64,000 bases of DNA. Source: an uncultured Pseudomonadota bacterium. GTDB taxonomy: Bacteria > SAR324 > JACQKK01. The position numbers and the translations under genes were made by a program. Every line of letters starts with the position of its first letter. Positions within the stretch are counted from its first letter, which is position 1. Under the pieces are notes generated by a model. That model was not told the origin of the DNA and made no database searches. It was given only the letters and a program-made list of their open reading frames with translations. The DNA lies in the NCBI GenBank assembly GCA_964583525.1, contig CAZOXD010000001.1, forward strand, positions 47,572 through 111,571. The letters run 5' to 3'. Below are positions 47,747 to 56,127 of this stretch, piece after piece.

Positions 47747-47975
47747 GGCGGAATCGATTTTGGACGACGTGCGGGAGCTTCTGGCGATGATCCCGGAGAT
47801 GGAAGCCACGCGGAAGGTATTCGGCAAAAGGCTGGCGGACACCCTGGAGAAGATGCGCGTCTTCAACCACCAACACGCGGCGCACCTCCCGCCCGGCACG
47901 GTGCGGCTGCTGGAAGACATCTACGGCCAGGTGGAATCCTACGCCGGGGTGATCAAGCGCGAGTTGCGCCAATGA
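47706..47975 (+). CDS. Small hypothetical protein
   Basis: 89 aa; GGAGG RBS; overlaps the end of MuB paralog 1. Confidence 0.35.
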   Translation: MPQAATSEPPMVSEAESILDDVRELLAMIPEMEATRKVFGKRLADTLEKMRVFNHQHAAHLPPGTVRLLEDIYGQVESYAGVIKRELRQ

Positions 47976-48219
47976 TTGCCGGAGCGCTCCCGGCCGGGCT
48001 GATTAAACCCCGGCGCCCGCGGGAGGAGCGGCGCGTGTTTGCCAACGGCACGTCATATCCAGCCGCTCCTGGGCGCCGGAATAGGAATCGCCCGCGGGAC
48101 TCATAACCCCGCAAAGGGCCTGCGGTTTCTGTTGATTGCCGGAGGCCTCCGGTTCGACTCCGGGGCCCGGGCGGGAGCGCACTTTTTCCAACGCTGGATG
48201 AGCAACGAGGAGACACCTC

Positions 48220-49245
48220 ATGAACCCACTAATGCCGGAAATCCTGGAGCACTTCGGACTGGAGCGCAACCCGTTCGGGAAGCTGGCCGGTGATGGGGAA
48301 TTCTACGCCTCGCCGGAATTCCGCAGAGCCTACGCCACGGTGGACTACGCGCTCTCGCATTCCGAAATGGTGGCCATCGTGGGGGACGTGGGCTCGGGCA
48401 AGTCCGAGGCCATGGTGGCCGTGAAGGAGCATCTCAAGGCGCGGCCCGAAGCCCCGGTGAACTTCATCGAGGTGCTGCACCCGGACAAGGGGACGATGAA
48501 GATCGGCTCGGTGCTCGAAGCCTTCATCCAGATGCTGGAGATCGCGCGGCCCGGGCAATCCCAGCAGCGGCGGGCCTGGCACGTCAAGTTCGCAATCCAG
48601 GAGCGCTGGCGCCAGGGCGAGCGCTTCATTCTGATCATCGACGAGGCGCACCGGCTCAGCGGGCCGTTCCTGAAATCGCTCAAGGAGTTGCACGAGCAGA
48701 CCCGCTTCGGCCACATGGCAGCCCTGATCGGGATCGTGCTGCTGGGGCACGAGAGCCTGCTGAGCAATTACCAAAAGGTGGCGTCGGACGTGTACCAGCG
48801 CCTGGACGCCGGGCACGTCTGCACGATGGGGAGCATGACCCCGCTGGAAATCGATGAATACATCGCGCATCGGGTTGCGGCGGTCAACGGGAACGGCCTG
48901 TTCGACGGCGAGGCCCGCCGCGCGGTGGGGCGGCTGGCGTCATCGCCGTTGGGCGCGAACCGCATCTGCGCCAAGCTGCTGGCCACGGCCTACACGCGCG
49001 GCCAGGACGCCGTGACCCTGGAGGAAGTCTACGCCGCCTACGACCGCCGCGCTTTGGCCGACCTGCTGGGGCTGAGCGCTCCGGCCATCGCCGGGCGGGC
49101 CGGGATCGGCCGCAGCACGGTGCACGACGTGTTCGATGGGCGCGGCAAGGGGAGCGCCGCCAAGGTGGATGCCGTGTTGCGTGAGGCCATGAGCGCGGCC
49201 GGGCAGCAGGAAGCGGATCGGCAATCAGAAGCGAAGGAGGCGTGA
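48220..49245 (+). CDS. MuB-like AAA+ ATPase, paralog 2
   Basis: Walker A GDVGSGKSE, Walker B ILIIDEAH; same conserved N-terminal motifs as paralog 1 (ILEHFGLERNPF, DYALSHSEMVA). Confidence 0.7.
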   Translation: MNPLMPEILEHFGLERNPFGKLAGDGEFYASPEFRRAYATVDYALSHSEMVAIVGDVGSGKSEAMVAVKEHLKARPEAPVNFIEVLHPDKGTMKIGSVLEAFIQMLEIARPGQSQQRRAWHVKFAIQERWRQGERFILIIDEAHRLSGPFLKSLKELHEQTRFGHMAALIGIVLLGHESLLSNYQKVASDVYQRLDAGHVCTMGSMTPLEIDEYIAHRVAAVNGNGLFDGEARRAVGRLASSPLGANRICAKLLATAYTRGQDAVTLEEVYAAYDRRALADLLGLSAPAIAGRAGIGRSTVHDVFDGRGKGSAAKVDAVLREAMSAAGQQEADRQSEAKEA

Positions 49246-49246
49246 G

Positions 49247-49654
49247 ATGGATGCCGGCGAAATTTTGTTGCTGCTGCGGCATTGCAAATTGGCGTTCGAC
49301 CGAGGCTGGGAGGATCTCTGCGCCAACGGGCTGTCGATCCGTGAATCGCACACGCTCCTGCTCGTTGAGAAGGATCCCGGAATGCGGGTGGGACAAATCC
49401 GGGATGCGATCGACGTCCACAAGAACCACGCAACGCGTATCGTCAACACCCTGGAGGCGTCGGGGCTGGTGCGGAGGGAAAGAGAAAACTCGCGACATTG
49501 CCGGGTTCTTATCACTCCTGCCGGGCGGAGCAAGGTCAAGACGATCCGGGAAAACCTGAACCGTTTGGCCTCGTATTACTGGGGCGATCTGCCGGCCGCG
49601 GATCTGGAAGCGATGGAGCGGGTCGTCAACCATCTGCTGGAGCGCAGCCGATGA
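49247..49654 (+). CDS. MarR-family transcriptional regulator
   Basis: 135 aa with winged-helix region (ESHTLLLVEKDPGMRVGQIRDAIDVHKNHATRIVNTLEASGLV). Confidence 0.6.
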   Translation: MDAGEILLLLRHCKLAFDRGWEDLCANGLSIRESHTLLLVEKDPGMRVGQIRDAIDVHKNHATRIVNTLEASGLVRRERENSRHCRVLITPAGRSKVKTIRENLNRLASYYWGDLPAADLEAMERVVNHLLERSR

Positions 49655-50148
49655 AGCCCGGAGATCCCATCGGAAAGCAGAAGATCAAGCTGCTGCACGT
49701 GCTGTTCGCCAAGTTCGACCCGGACGCCGTGGAGGCCATCCGGGACGGCATCGCCGAGGTTACCGGGGACACCTCCACCCTTTCCCTCAACGAGGCGCAG
49801 GCCTGGGAAGTCATCAACGGACTTTGCCGCGAGTTGCGCCAGAACAATCCCGCGCCGATCTGCGTGGTCTGGTGCGAGGGCTACACCATGGGGCGGCTGC
49901 CCAGGGGCGGCATCGATTGGGAGACGCGGATTCCCAGCCAGGCGCAGATCTGGGGGATTCACAAGCTGATGCGCGGCGCCGGAGTGCTGGACGGCCAGGC
50001 CTTCCTGGCGGCGCGGTTCCCGAAGATCGTCCCGGACGGAGTGATCCGCACCGCGCGGGAGGCGTGGCAGGTCTCCAAAAGCCTGCGGGCGATGGGAGCC
50101 AACCGAACTGAACCGCGCCAGGGAGGCGCGGCCGCAATGGGAGCCTGA
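49651..50148 (+). CDS. GemA-like (Mu gp16/DUF1018) regulatory protein
   Basis: Internal start MKPGDPIGKQKIKLLHVLFAKF...; family placement approximate. Confidence 0.45.
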   Translation: MKPGDPIGKQKIKLLHVLFAKFDPDAVEAIRDGIAEVTGDTSTLSLNEAQAWEVINGLCRELRQNNPAPICVVWCEGYTMGRLPRGGIDWETRIPSQAQIWGIHKLMRGAGVLDGQAFLAARFPKIVPDGVIRTAREAWQVSKSLRAMGANRTEPRQGGAAAMGA

Positions 50149-50456
50149 TGGAAAATAAGCGCAAGGAAGCGCGGCGAACCGTGACCGTGCAGGTGGCCGC
50201 GGACATGCTTCACGCATCGGAGGATACCGTGCGGCGGCTGGTCAAGGCCGATCAGATCGAGGCCTACCGGCGCGGCAAGCGGATCATCCTGCTGTATTGG
50301 GATTCGGTGGAAGCGTTCATCGAATCCGAGAAGTCCATCGGCCCTTACGATCACGAGCTGCGCGGCGACAAGGCCGAGGCCCGGCGCCGCGAAATCCGCA
50401 CCCGGCGCGCCGAGCTGGAAGCGCGGCAACTGGGACTTTTGGGGGACGAGGCATGA
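50148..50456 (+). CDS. Excisionase-type HTH DNA-binding protein (at the position of Mu Mor)
   Basis: HTH TVQVAADMLHASEDTVRRLVKADQIEAYRRGKRI. Confidence 0.45.
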   Translation: MENKRKEARRTVTVQVAADMLHASEDTVRRLVKADQIEAYRRGKRIILLYWDSVEAFIESEKSIGPYDHELRGDKAEARRREIRTRRAELEARQLGLLGDEA

Positions 50457-50833
50457 CGGAAGCTGCGTCCATCGAGATTTGCACGAGATGCCCGCTGCCA
50501 GAATGCGACGAGGAAAGCGCGGTATGCCCCTTCTACGGCAACGACGGGGTTGCACAACATCCTAATGAACGGAAGCGGAAGCAAAACAGCGAGTACTTGC
50601 GCAGGCGTCGGGCCAATGACCCGGCCTTCCGGGAACGGAGGCGGAAGCAAAACAGCGAGTACGTGCGCAGGCGCTACGCTGAAGACCTGGCCTTCCGGGA
50701 ACGGAGGCGGAAGCAAAACAGCGAGTACATGCGCAGGCGCTACGCTGAAGACATGGCTTTCCGGGAACGTCATCGAGAGTACTGCCGGGATTACCGGCGC
50801 AGGCGCCGGGCCGCCGCGAAGGAGAAGGCATGA
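50453..50833 (+). CDS. Small protein with N-terminal Cys4 zinc finger and three 22-aa basic tandem repeats (RRRKQNSEYxRRRYAEDxAFRE)
   Basis: Manual start at ATG 50453; the repeats are exact at the DNA level with 66-bp period. Confidence 0.5.
   Translation: MTEAASIEICTRCPLPECDEESAVCPFYGNDGVAQHPNERKRKQNSEYLRRRRANDPAFRERRRKQNSEYVRRRYAEDLAFRERRRKQNSEYMRRRYAEDMAFRERHREYCRDYRRRRRAAAKEKA
50571..50768. repeat. 3 x 66-bp tandem repeat (coding)
   Basis: ggaRgcggaagcaaaacagcgagtac... repeated at 50571, 50637, 50703; coordinates +/-2. Confidence 0.6.
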
Positions 50834-51150
50834 ACGGCTTCTGCCACACCTGCGGCTACACGCTGCGCAAGGTGGCCAACGGCTCGCTGGAGTGGTGCAC
50901 GTTTTGCGGAAAGGTCGCCCCGGCGTTCCCCTTCGACCCCGACGAGGAAGAGGTGAAGGAAGTGCGCAGGGAATGGGAAAAACAGGGCGGAAAGATCGTC
51001 CGCCTCCCCTACGACGGGGACTGGATTCCGGATGTGGCGGTGGAAGCCACCGCCGATACGATCTTCGCCACCCTGCTGGAAGCGAGGCAGGTGGTTTATC
51101 TGTATCAGGGCCGGAAGAAGCTGAACCTGAAAACCAGGAGGAAGCCATGA
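50830..51150 (+). CDS. Zinc-ribbon small protein
   Basis: MNGFCHTCGY...WCTFCGK; 106 aa. Confidence 0.5.
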   Translation: MNGFCHTCGYTLRKVANGSLEWCTFCGKVAPAFPFDPDEEEVKEVRREWEKQGGKIVRLPYDGDWIPDVAVEATADTIFATLLEARQVVYLYQGRKKLNLKTRRKP

Positions 51151-51323
51151 ACTGGGAAGGAATCGCGCTGGTGATGGGCTGCCTGGCCGCACTGGCGGCA
51201 TGGAAAGCCTGGAAGGCCGGCAAGGAACTGCGGGCCGAGCGGGAGCGGATGGCCCGCAACCTTCAACCAACAATCGACCGCCAGGGCACCGTGCCCTGGG
51301 GCAACGACGAGGTGGCGAACTAA
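51147..51323 (+). CDS. Small membrane protein (58 aa)
   Basis: MNWEGIALVMGCLAALAAWKAWKAG...; AGGAGG RBS. Confidence 0.4.
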   Translation: MNWEGIALVMGCLAALAAWKAWKAGKELRAERERMARNLQPTIDRQGTVPWGNDEVAN

Positions 51324-51532
51324 TTGGTGAGCCAGTCCCCGAAAATCGGGCTTATTGCTGCAAAAGCCGAAACCTCCTGCTCCGCGTTTGGAACATGGAG
51401 CGGGGTGTAGGTCTCGTGGCGCGTGTGCGGCTGCTCCGCAATCACCTCATGCCTCTGGTGTTCGCCCGAAGAAGCGGCAGCCAATAGCGCGAGAACTACT
51501 ATTGTAGTGATGGTTTTTTTGTCGAGAAACAT
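51320..51532 (-). CDS. Putative moron: small secreted/membrane protein in an AT-rich islet, opposite strand
   Basis: 70 aa with N-terminal hydrophobic segment TITTIVVLALLAAASSG; the islet 51330-51650 is markedly AT-rich relative to its surroundings. Confidence 0.35.
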   Translation of the reverse strand: MFLDKKTITTIVVLALLAAASSGEHQRHEVIAEQPHTRHETYTPLHVPNAEQEVSAFAAISPIFGDWLTN

Positions 51533-51652
51533 AAGCCTTCCGTGGCTAGAGGTGAATTCATTTTCACTGCAATAAGGGTCTCAAACAACTATTTTTTTGT
51601 CAACGCCGGAGTGCCGGTGATGGAGCAGTAAACCCCAACCAAGGATGATGCG

Positions 51653-52660
51653 ATGAACGCCATGGAAGGCTTGAAGCAAAATCCATCGCGGCTGCTGGCC
51701 GAGCGGGCAGCGGAGAAAATGCAGGAGCTGGGTCTCTCCTACAACGAGGCCGCTGAATATGTGCTGATGACCAACCCGGGGCTAGCGAAGCGCTACCAAG
51801 AGTTCACGCTTGAAGGGCCACCGCCACCGCCTGATTGTCCCATCGATCACCATCTTTCCCGGGCGGCCAACAACTACCGGCCGGCCGGATTCATCGCGGA
51901 CAGGATTTTCCCCACGGCCCCTTGCAGGGAAGAAGACGGGGAGATGTACCACGCCATGGCTGACGTGACGCTGGAAGGAAGGGGCAGCGCCAATCCGTGT
52001 TTCATTCAGCAATTCGAGGAAGGGCGGACACACAGGACGCTGGACTCGCTCTACCTGGATTGGGAACAGCGGATGGGGAGGATGTTGCTCGCTCCCGAGA
52101 GCAGGATTCCCGTGCGGACGCCGTTCTATCCCTGGAGCATTTATGCCGAGGATACGCCCCTCGATGATATTTACGAGGCGATGGCCGAAGTGGAAAACGC
52201 CACCGGAAAGGAAGCCAACCGGATCCTGTTTTCCGGCACGGCCTGGCGGCACTTCCGGCGCAATCAGAAGGTGATCGACAAAGCCACCAATCCTCACGTG
52301 AGCGGGGGCGGTTTGTATCCATCGACCCACCAGATAGAAGCCCTGCTGGGGCTGCAGGTGCTGGTGGGGAACGCTTGGTACAACGCCGCCGAGGAAGCCA
52401 TGCCTTTGAACCTGACTCAAGTCTGGGGCGCGGGAGTGCTGGTGTACCGGGCCGCGGAACGGAGCAACATTCAGGAACCGTCCTTGGGCTGGAATCTGCG
52501 CTGGACGCCGCCCGGAATGAGCGGGCCGTGGGTGGTGAAGCGTATGCCTTACGACACGCGGCGGCATCTTTCGGAGATCCTTGTAGCCTGCCGGGGCGGG
52601 GAGATGCTGAGCAAGCCGGCGCTGGGCTGCCTGATTCCCAACGTAGTGGAGGCGCCATGA
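51653..52660 (+). CDS. Second major-capsid-like paralog (same family as 25576..26538) with a ~50-aa N-terminal extension, located in the early arm
   Basis: Shares motifs with the late-arm capsid gene (ANNYRPAGFIADRIFP, CFIQQFEEGR, WRHFRRNQKVIDKATNPHVSGGGLYPS, MPYDTRRH). Confidence 0.6.
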   Translation: MNAMEGLKQNPSRLLAERAAEKMQELGLSYNEAAEYVLMTNPGLAKRYQEFTLEGPPPPPDCPIDHHLSRAANNYRPAGFIADRIFPTAPCREEDGEMYHAMADVTLEGRGSANPCFIQQFEEGRTHRTLDSLYLDWEQRMGRMLLAPESRIPVRTPFYPWSIYAEDTPLDDIYEAMAEVENATGKEANRILFSGTAWRHFRRNQKVIDKATNPHVSGGGLYPSTHQIEALLGLQVLVGNAWYNAAEEAMPLNLTQVWGAGVLVYRAAERSNIQEPSLGWNLRWTPPGMSGPWVVKRMPYDTRRHLSEILVACRGGEMLSKPALGCLIPNVVEAP

Positions 52661-53034
52661 AAACCCTATCGATTCAACAGCCGTGGGCGTGGGCGATCCT
52701 CCATGCGGGCAAGGACGTGGAAAACCGCAGATGGAGAACCACCTACCGCGGGCCGCTGCTGATTCACGCGGGGAAGTCGTTTGACCTGGACGGATTTGGT
52801 GAATTGGTGCATTTGCGCCCCGATTCACACATCCCTCCCTCCAGCCACTTCCCCCGGAGCGGCATCGTGGGGCGGGTAGAGTTGGTGGACATCGTTCACG
52901 TGGACACACTGCCCAGCAACCCCTGGGCGTTCGGGCCGTGGTGCTGGCTGTTGAAGCATCCCCAGCCACTGCCCCTCAAGCTCTGCAAGGGGCAGTTGGT
53001 GTTGTTCGAGATCGACTACGAGGCCCTGCCATGA
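52657..53034 (+). CDS. ASCH-domain protein
   Basis: MKTLSIQQPWAWAILHAGKDVENRRW... typical ASCH N-terminus; ATGA overlap with the previous gene. Confidence 0.6.
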   Translation: MKTLSIQQPWAWAILHAGKDVENRRWRTTYRGPLLIHAGKSFDLDGFGELVHLRPDSHIPPSSHFPRSGIVGRVELVDIVHVDTLPSNPWAFGPWCWLLKHPQPLPLKLCKGQLVLFEIDYEALP

Positions 53035-53882
53035 ACCCCATCCCCGACAACGTGTATTTCCACTGCGTGGCGCTGAGCACGCCGAAGATGGCGGTGTCCC
53101 TCTGCCGCGCCAACCGGGCCAAGCCGGAGGGGTTGAAGGTGAAGGGAGCCTACATCGAAGGCGGGGTTCCAAAGCCCATGGCCTGCCGGATTTGCACCCT
53201 CTTCGGCGACCTGGAAGCGGGGCATATCCCCACCATGACTCTGGATGAAGCGAAGCGGGACGTGAAGGCGCAGCCTCCGGAGCCGGTGCAGGCAGCGCCC
53301 CCGGTGGAGCGCCCGCTGGTCAAATCACCGGAAGGCCGGGTGCATGAAGCCGATCTTGAACCCAAACAACCACCCAAGGAGCAGCCCATGGAAGGCGAAA
53401 AGAAGATCAGCAAGGCCCAGCAGATCCGGGACTGGTTGGGCGAACACGGCCCGGCGGCCTGCGCCGAGGTAGCCGACGCGCTGGGAATGGAGAAGAAAAA
53501 CACGGCGGCCCAACTATCGGGGATGATTGCCCATGGATTGGTGGAGAAATCCATCGGAGAGGACAACATCAATCTCTACTCCCTGGCAGACGGAAACCAG
53601 GCTCCACCGGCGCCGGAGAAGGAGGAACCCGAACAGAGCAACGTCCTGCCGCTGCGGCCTCTGGACGCGCCGGCGCCGGAAAAGCCGGGGCAACCGGTGA
53701 AGCAGATCCACCGCTCCCTGCCGGAAGAGTTGGGGCTGAGCCTGGAATGCGGGCTGCGTGATTCCCTGGACGACCTGCGCAGACATCTGGCCTGGGAGAA
53801 CGACGGGTTGGGACTGGCGTTGCTGAAAAAACACGAGATCAGCGGCGAAGTCCTGAAACTATTCCTGGAGAGGCGGCGATGA
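53031..53882 (+). CDS. Hypothetical protein with central winged-helix-like region (position of Mu late activator C)
   Basis: 283 aa; ...ISKAQQIRDWLGEHGPAACAEVADALGMEKKNTAAQLSGMIAHGLVEK... Confidence 0.4.
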   Translation: MNPIPDNVYFHCVALSTPKMAVSLCRANRAKPEGLKVKGAYIEGGVPKPMACRICTLFGDLEAGHIPTMTLDEAKRDVKAQPPEPVQAAPPVERPLVKSPEGRVHEADLEPKQPPKEQPMEGEKKISKAQQIRDWLGEHGPAACAEVADALGMEKKNTAAQLSGMIAHGLVEKSIGEDNINLYSLADGNQAPPAPEKEEPEQSNVLPLRPLDAPAPEKPGQPVKQIHRSLPEELGLSLECGLRDSLDDLRRHLAWENDGLGLALLKKHEISGEVLKLFLERRR

Positions 53883-54394
53883 AGATGCCCGAATTTCCCC
53901 CCTGGCAATGGCTGGCCTGGTTTCTCGCGGGGCTGGGCATTGCGCTGGCGGGAGCGGCGTTTCAAGCCCGGGCGCACACCCCGCAGCCGGTGAAACCGGC
54001 GCAGGTACGCGAGGCGGCGTGGGAGTTCGAGGTGCCGCTGGAGATGCTGCTGGCCGTGTGGGAGGAGGAATGCCAGTACCGCCCCACCTGCCCGCGCGGC
54101 CCGGCCGGAGAGTGGGGGCCGTTCCAGATCATGCGCATCGCCGCGGTAGATGCGGGCTGCGCCTGGGAATGGCGCGGCGGGCCGGGCAACGCCCGCTGCG
54201 CCGCCAAAATCCTGGCCCGGGCCTGGCAGCGCTGCGCCTGGCGGCGGCGGGGGGCATTCTCTCGCTACAATCTGCCCGCGGCCCGCTGCCGCGCCACGGC
54301 CTACGCCTGGCGCGTCGAGCAGCGCATGATAGCCCTGCAACGCCAGGCCGCGCACAACCGGGAAATCGAACTGCTGGAAGGGAGGGGAGGGTGA
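53879..54394 (+). CDS. SLT-domain lytic transglycosylase (Mu-lys-like lysozyme) with N-terminal membrane anchor
   Basis: ...EFEVPLEMLLAVWEEECQYRP...GEWGPFQIMRIA... SLT-like catalytic region. Confidence 0.5.
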   Translation: MKMPEFPPWQWLAWFLAGLGIALAGAAFQARAHTPQPVKPAQVREAAWEFEVPLEMLLAVWEEECQYRPTCPRGPAGEWGPFQIMRIAAVDAGCAWEWRGGPGNARCAAKILARAWQRCAWRRRGAFSRYNLPAARCRATAYAWRVEQRMIALQRQAAHNREIELLEGRGG

Positions 54395-54702
54395 TGGGCG
54401 AATTTAACGATGTCGTGAAGGCGGTCACGGACTGGGGAGCAAAGACCTTCGGGGATCACCGGAGGTCAAAGGTTCCTGGCATTCTGAAGCACCTGGAGGA
54501 GGAAATTGAGGAACTGCTCGAGGATCCTGACAGCGCTGAAGAGCAGGCGGACTGCTTGATGCTGATATTCCAGTTGTCCCGCGCCACAGGAGTTGATCTG
54601 GAGAAGGCGGTGCTCGATAAACTGGAAATCAACAAACGCCGGAAATGGGCGCGTATTCCGGGCGTCGGATACAGTAAGCACGTTGAGGAAGGGAGGGGAT
54701 GA
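54394..54702 (+). CDS. MazG-like nucleoside triphosphate pyrophosphohydrolase
   Basis: ~102 aa; ...FGDHRRSKVPGILKHLEEEIEELLEDPDSAEEQADCLMLIFQL... MazG EExxE-type helix pair. Confidence 0.5.
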   Translation: MGEFNDVVKAVTDWGAKTFGDHRRSKVPGILKHLEEEIEELLEDPDSAEEQADCLMLIFQLSRATGVDLEKAVLDKLEINKRRKWARIPGVGYSKHVEEGRG

Positions 54703-55232
54703 TGGAACAACAATCTTTATTGCCGGATGATCCCCCAGAAATAACGGGCCGAGCTTATTTCAGCGATTGCGGCCAATACCGCTATATGCTGACTCGGGAT
54801 TGGGCTCATGAAAAAGGAACAGCGGTTTTTATCATGCTGAATCCGAGCACCGCCGATGAAAAAGAGGACGATCCCACCATTCGGCGGTGCATTGGATTCG
54901 CAAAGCGGTGGGGGTACGGGCGGATCGAAGTTGTAAATCTATTCGCCTGGAGGGCCACAAATCCCGCTGATTTAAAGAAAGCACTCGACCCGATTGGAGT
55001 GAAAAACGATGCTCATATATTCGATGCCTGCGACTTTACCGGGCCTGTGATTGGCGGAATCGTGATAGCGGCTTGGGGGGCGCATGGCGGCTGGAATAAT
55101 CGGGATAACCAGGTTTTGGGAATGCTGGCGCAGCATGACTTCCCTGTTCATTATTTAACCCTAACCAAAGACGGGAAGCCGCGGCACCCGCTCTATCTCA
55201 AAAACGATCTCACCCCAATCCCATGGATCTGA
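54699..55232 (+). CDS. DUF1643-family protein
   Basis: ...YRYMLTRDW......VFIMLNPSTADEKEDDPTIRRCIGFAKRWGYGRIEVVNLFAWRATNP... family-typical motifs; lower GC. Confidence 0.55.
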   Translation: MMEQQSLLPDDPPEITGRAYFSDCGQYRYMLTRDWAHEKGTAVFIMLNPSTADEKEDDPTIRRCIGFAKRWGYGRIEVVNLFAWRATNPADLKKALDPIGVKNDAHIFDACDFTGPVIGGIVIAAWGAHGGWNNRDNQVLGMLAQHDFPVHYLTLTKDGKPRHPLYLKNDLTPIPWI

Positions 55233-55233
55233 C

Positions 55234-56127
55234 GTGACCGAGAACACCTCCATCGGTTGGACGGATCACACCTTCAACGCTTGGTTGGGCTGCACCCGCT
55301 TTGGCCCCGGCTGCCATAATTGCTACGCGGAGAAATGGGCCAAGCGCTCGGGCTTGGTCACCTGGGGTAAAGGCCAGCCGCGCCGCCTGACCACGGATGC
55401 CAACTGGGCCATGCCGCACCGGTGGAATGCGCGGGCGCAGGACAACGGCCGGCCGGAGTGGGTCTTCTGCGGGAGCCTGATGGATTGGGCGGATCGGGAA
55501 GTCCCGGACGCCTGGCGCACACGCCTCTTCGCGCTGATCCGGGGGACGCCCTGGCTGCGCTGGCAACTGCTCAGCAAGCGCGTGGAGGAGATCGCGCGTT
55601 GCCTGCCGGAGGACTGGGGACGCGGCTACCCGAACGTGGCCCTGGGCATGACGGCTGTCAATAACGACGAGTTGGATAGGGATGCCTGGCGGTTCCTGAA
55701 GATACCGGTGCTCTGGCACTTCCTCTCCTACGAGCCGGGCTTGGAGGGGGTGGATCTGCGGCGCTGGCTGCTTTGTTTTTGCTGCCTGGACAGGTTGAAA
55801 TATCGAGGGCCTGATTGGGTCTGCACCAAGTGCGGGCACACCGATCAGAACGTGGGCTGCGGTATATTCGACCAAGTTATCATCGGCGGGGAGAGCGGAG
55901 GCGGGCGTAAGGCGCGGGCCTTCGATCCGGACTGGGCGCGGCGGGCAGTGGCCGATTGCCGGGATGCGGGCGTGAAGGTGTACGTCAAGCAGATGGGCTC
56001 GGTGTGGGCGCGGGAAAACAAGGCGGAGAACCGCAAGGGCGAAGACCCCGCCGAATGGCCGGATGACCTTCGCGTTCAGGAAAGACTGGAGGACGCGAGC
56101 CGAACTGCCTTAACAGCGGGCTCGTAG
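55234..56127 (+). CDS. Phage Gp37/Gp68-family protein (DUF5131)
   Basis: N-terminal IGWTDHTFNAWLGCTRFGPGCHNCYAEKWAKR matches the family signature; GTG start. Confidence 0.65.
   Translation: MTENTSIGWTDHTFNAWLGCTRFGPGCHNCYAEKWAKRSGLVTWGKGQPRRLTTDANWAMPHRWNARAQDNGRPEWVFCGSLMDWADREVPDAWRTRLFALIRGTPWLRWQLLSKRVEEIARCLPEDWGRGYPNVALGMTAVNNDELDRDAWRFLKIPVLWHFLSYEPGLEGVDLRRWLLCFCCLDRLKYRGPDWVCTKCGHTDQNVGCGIFDQVIIGGESGGGRKARAFDPDWARRAVADCRDAGVKVYVKQMGSVWARENKAENRKGEDPAEWPDDLRVQERLEDASRTALTAGS

Noticed and set aside
51653-56127. Alternative interpretation: 51.6-56.1 kb as a separate degraded prophage remnant (capsid, ASCH, lysozyme, MazG, DUF1643, Gp37/68) abutting a ~38-kb Mu-like element
   Set aside because: Not fully excluded. 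It is disfavoured because the regulator-then-lysozyme order after the GemA-like and HTH genes matches the Mu early-to-middle gene order, and no second set of ends, repressor or terminase is present. Kept as a caveat in the prophage finding.
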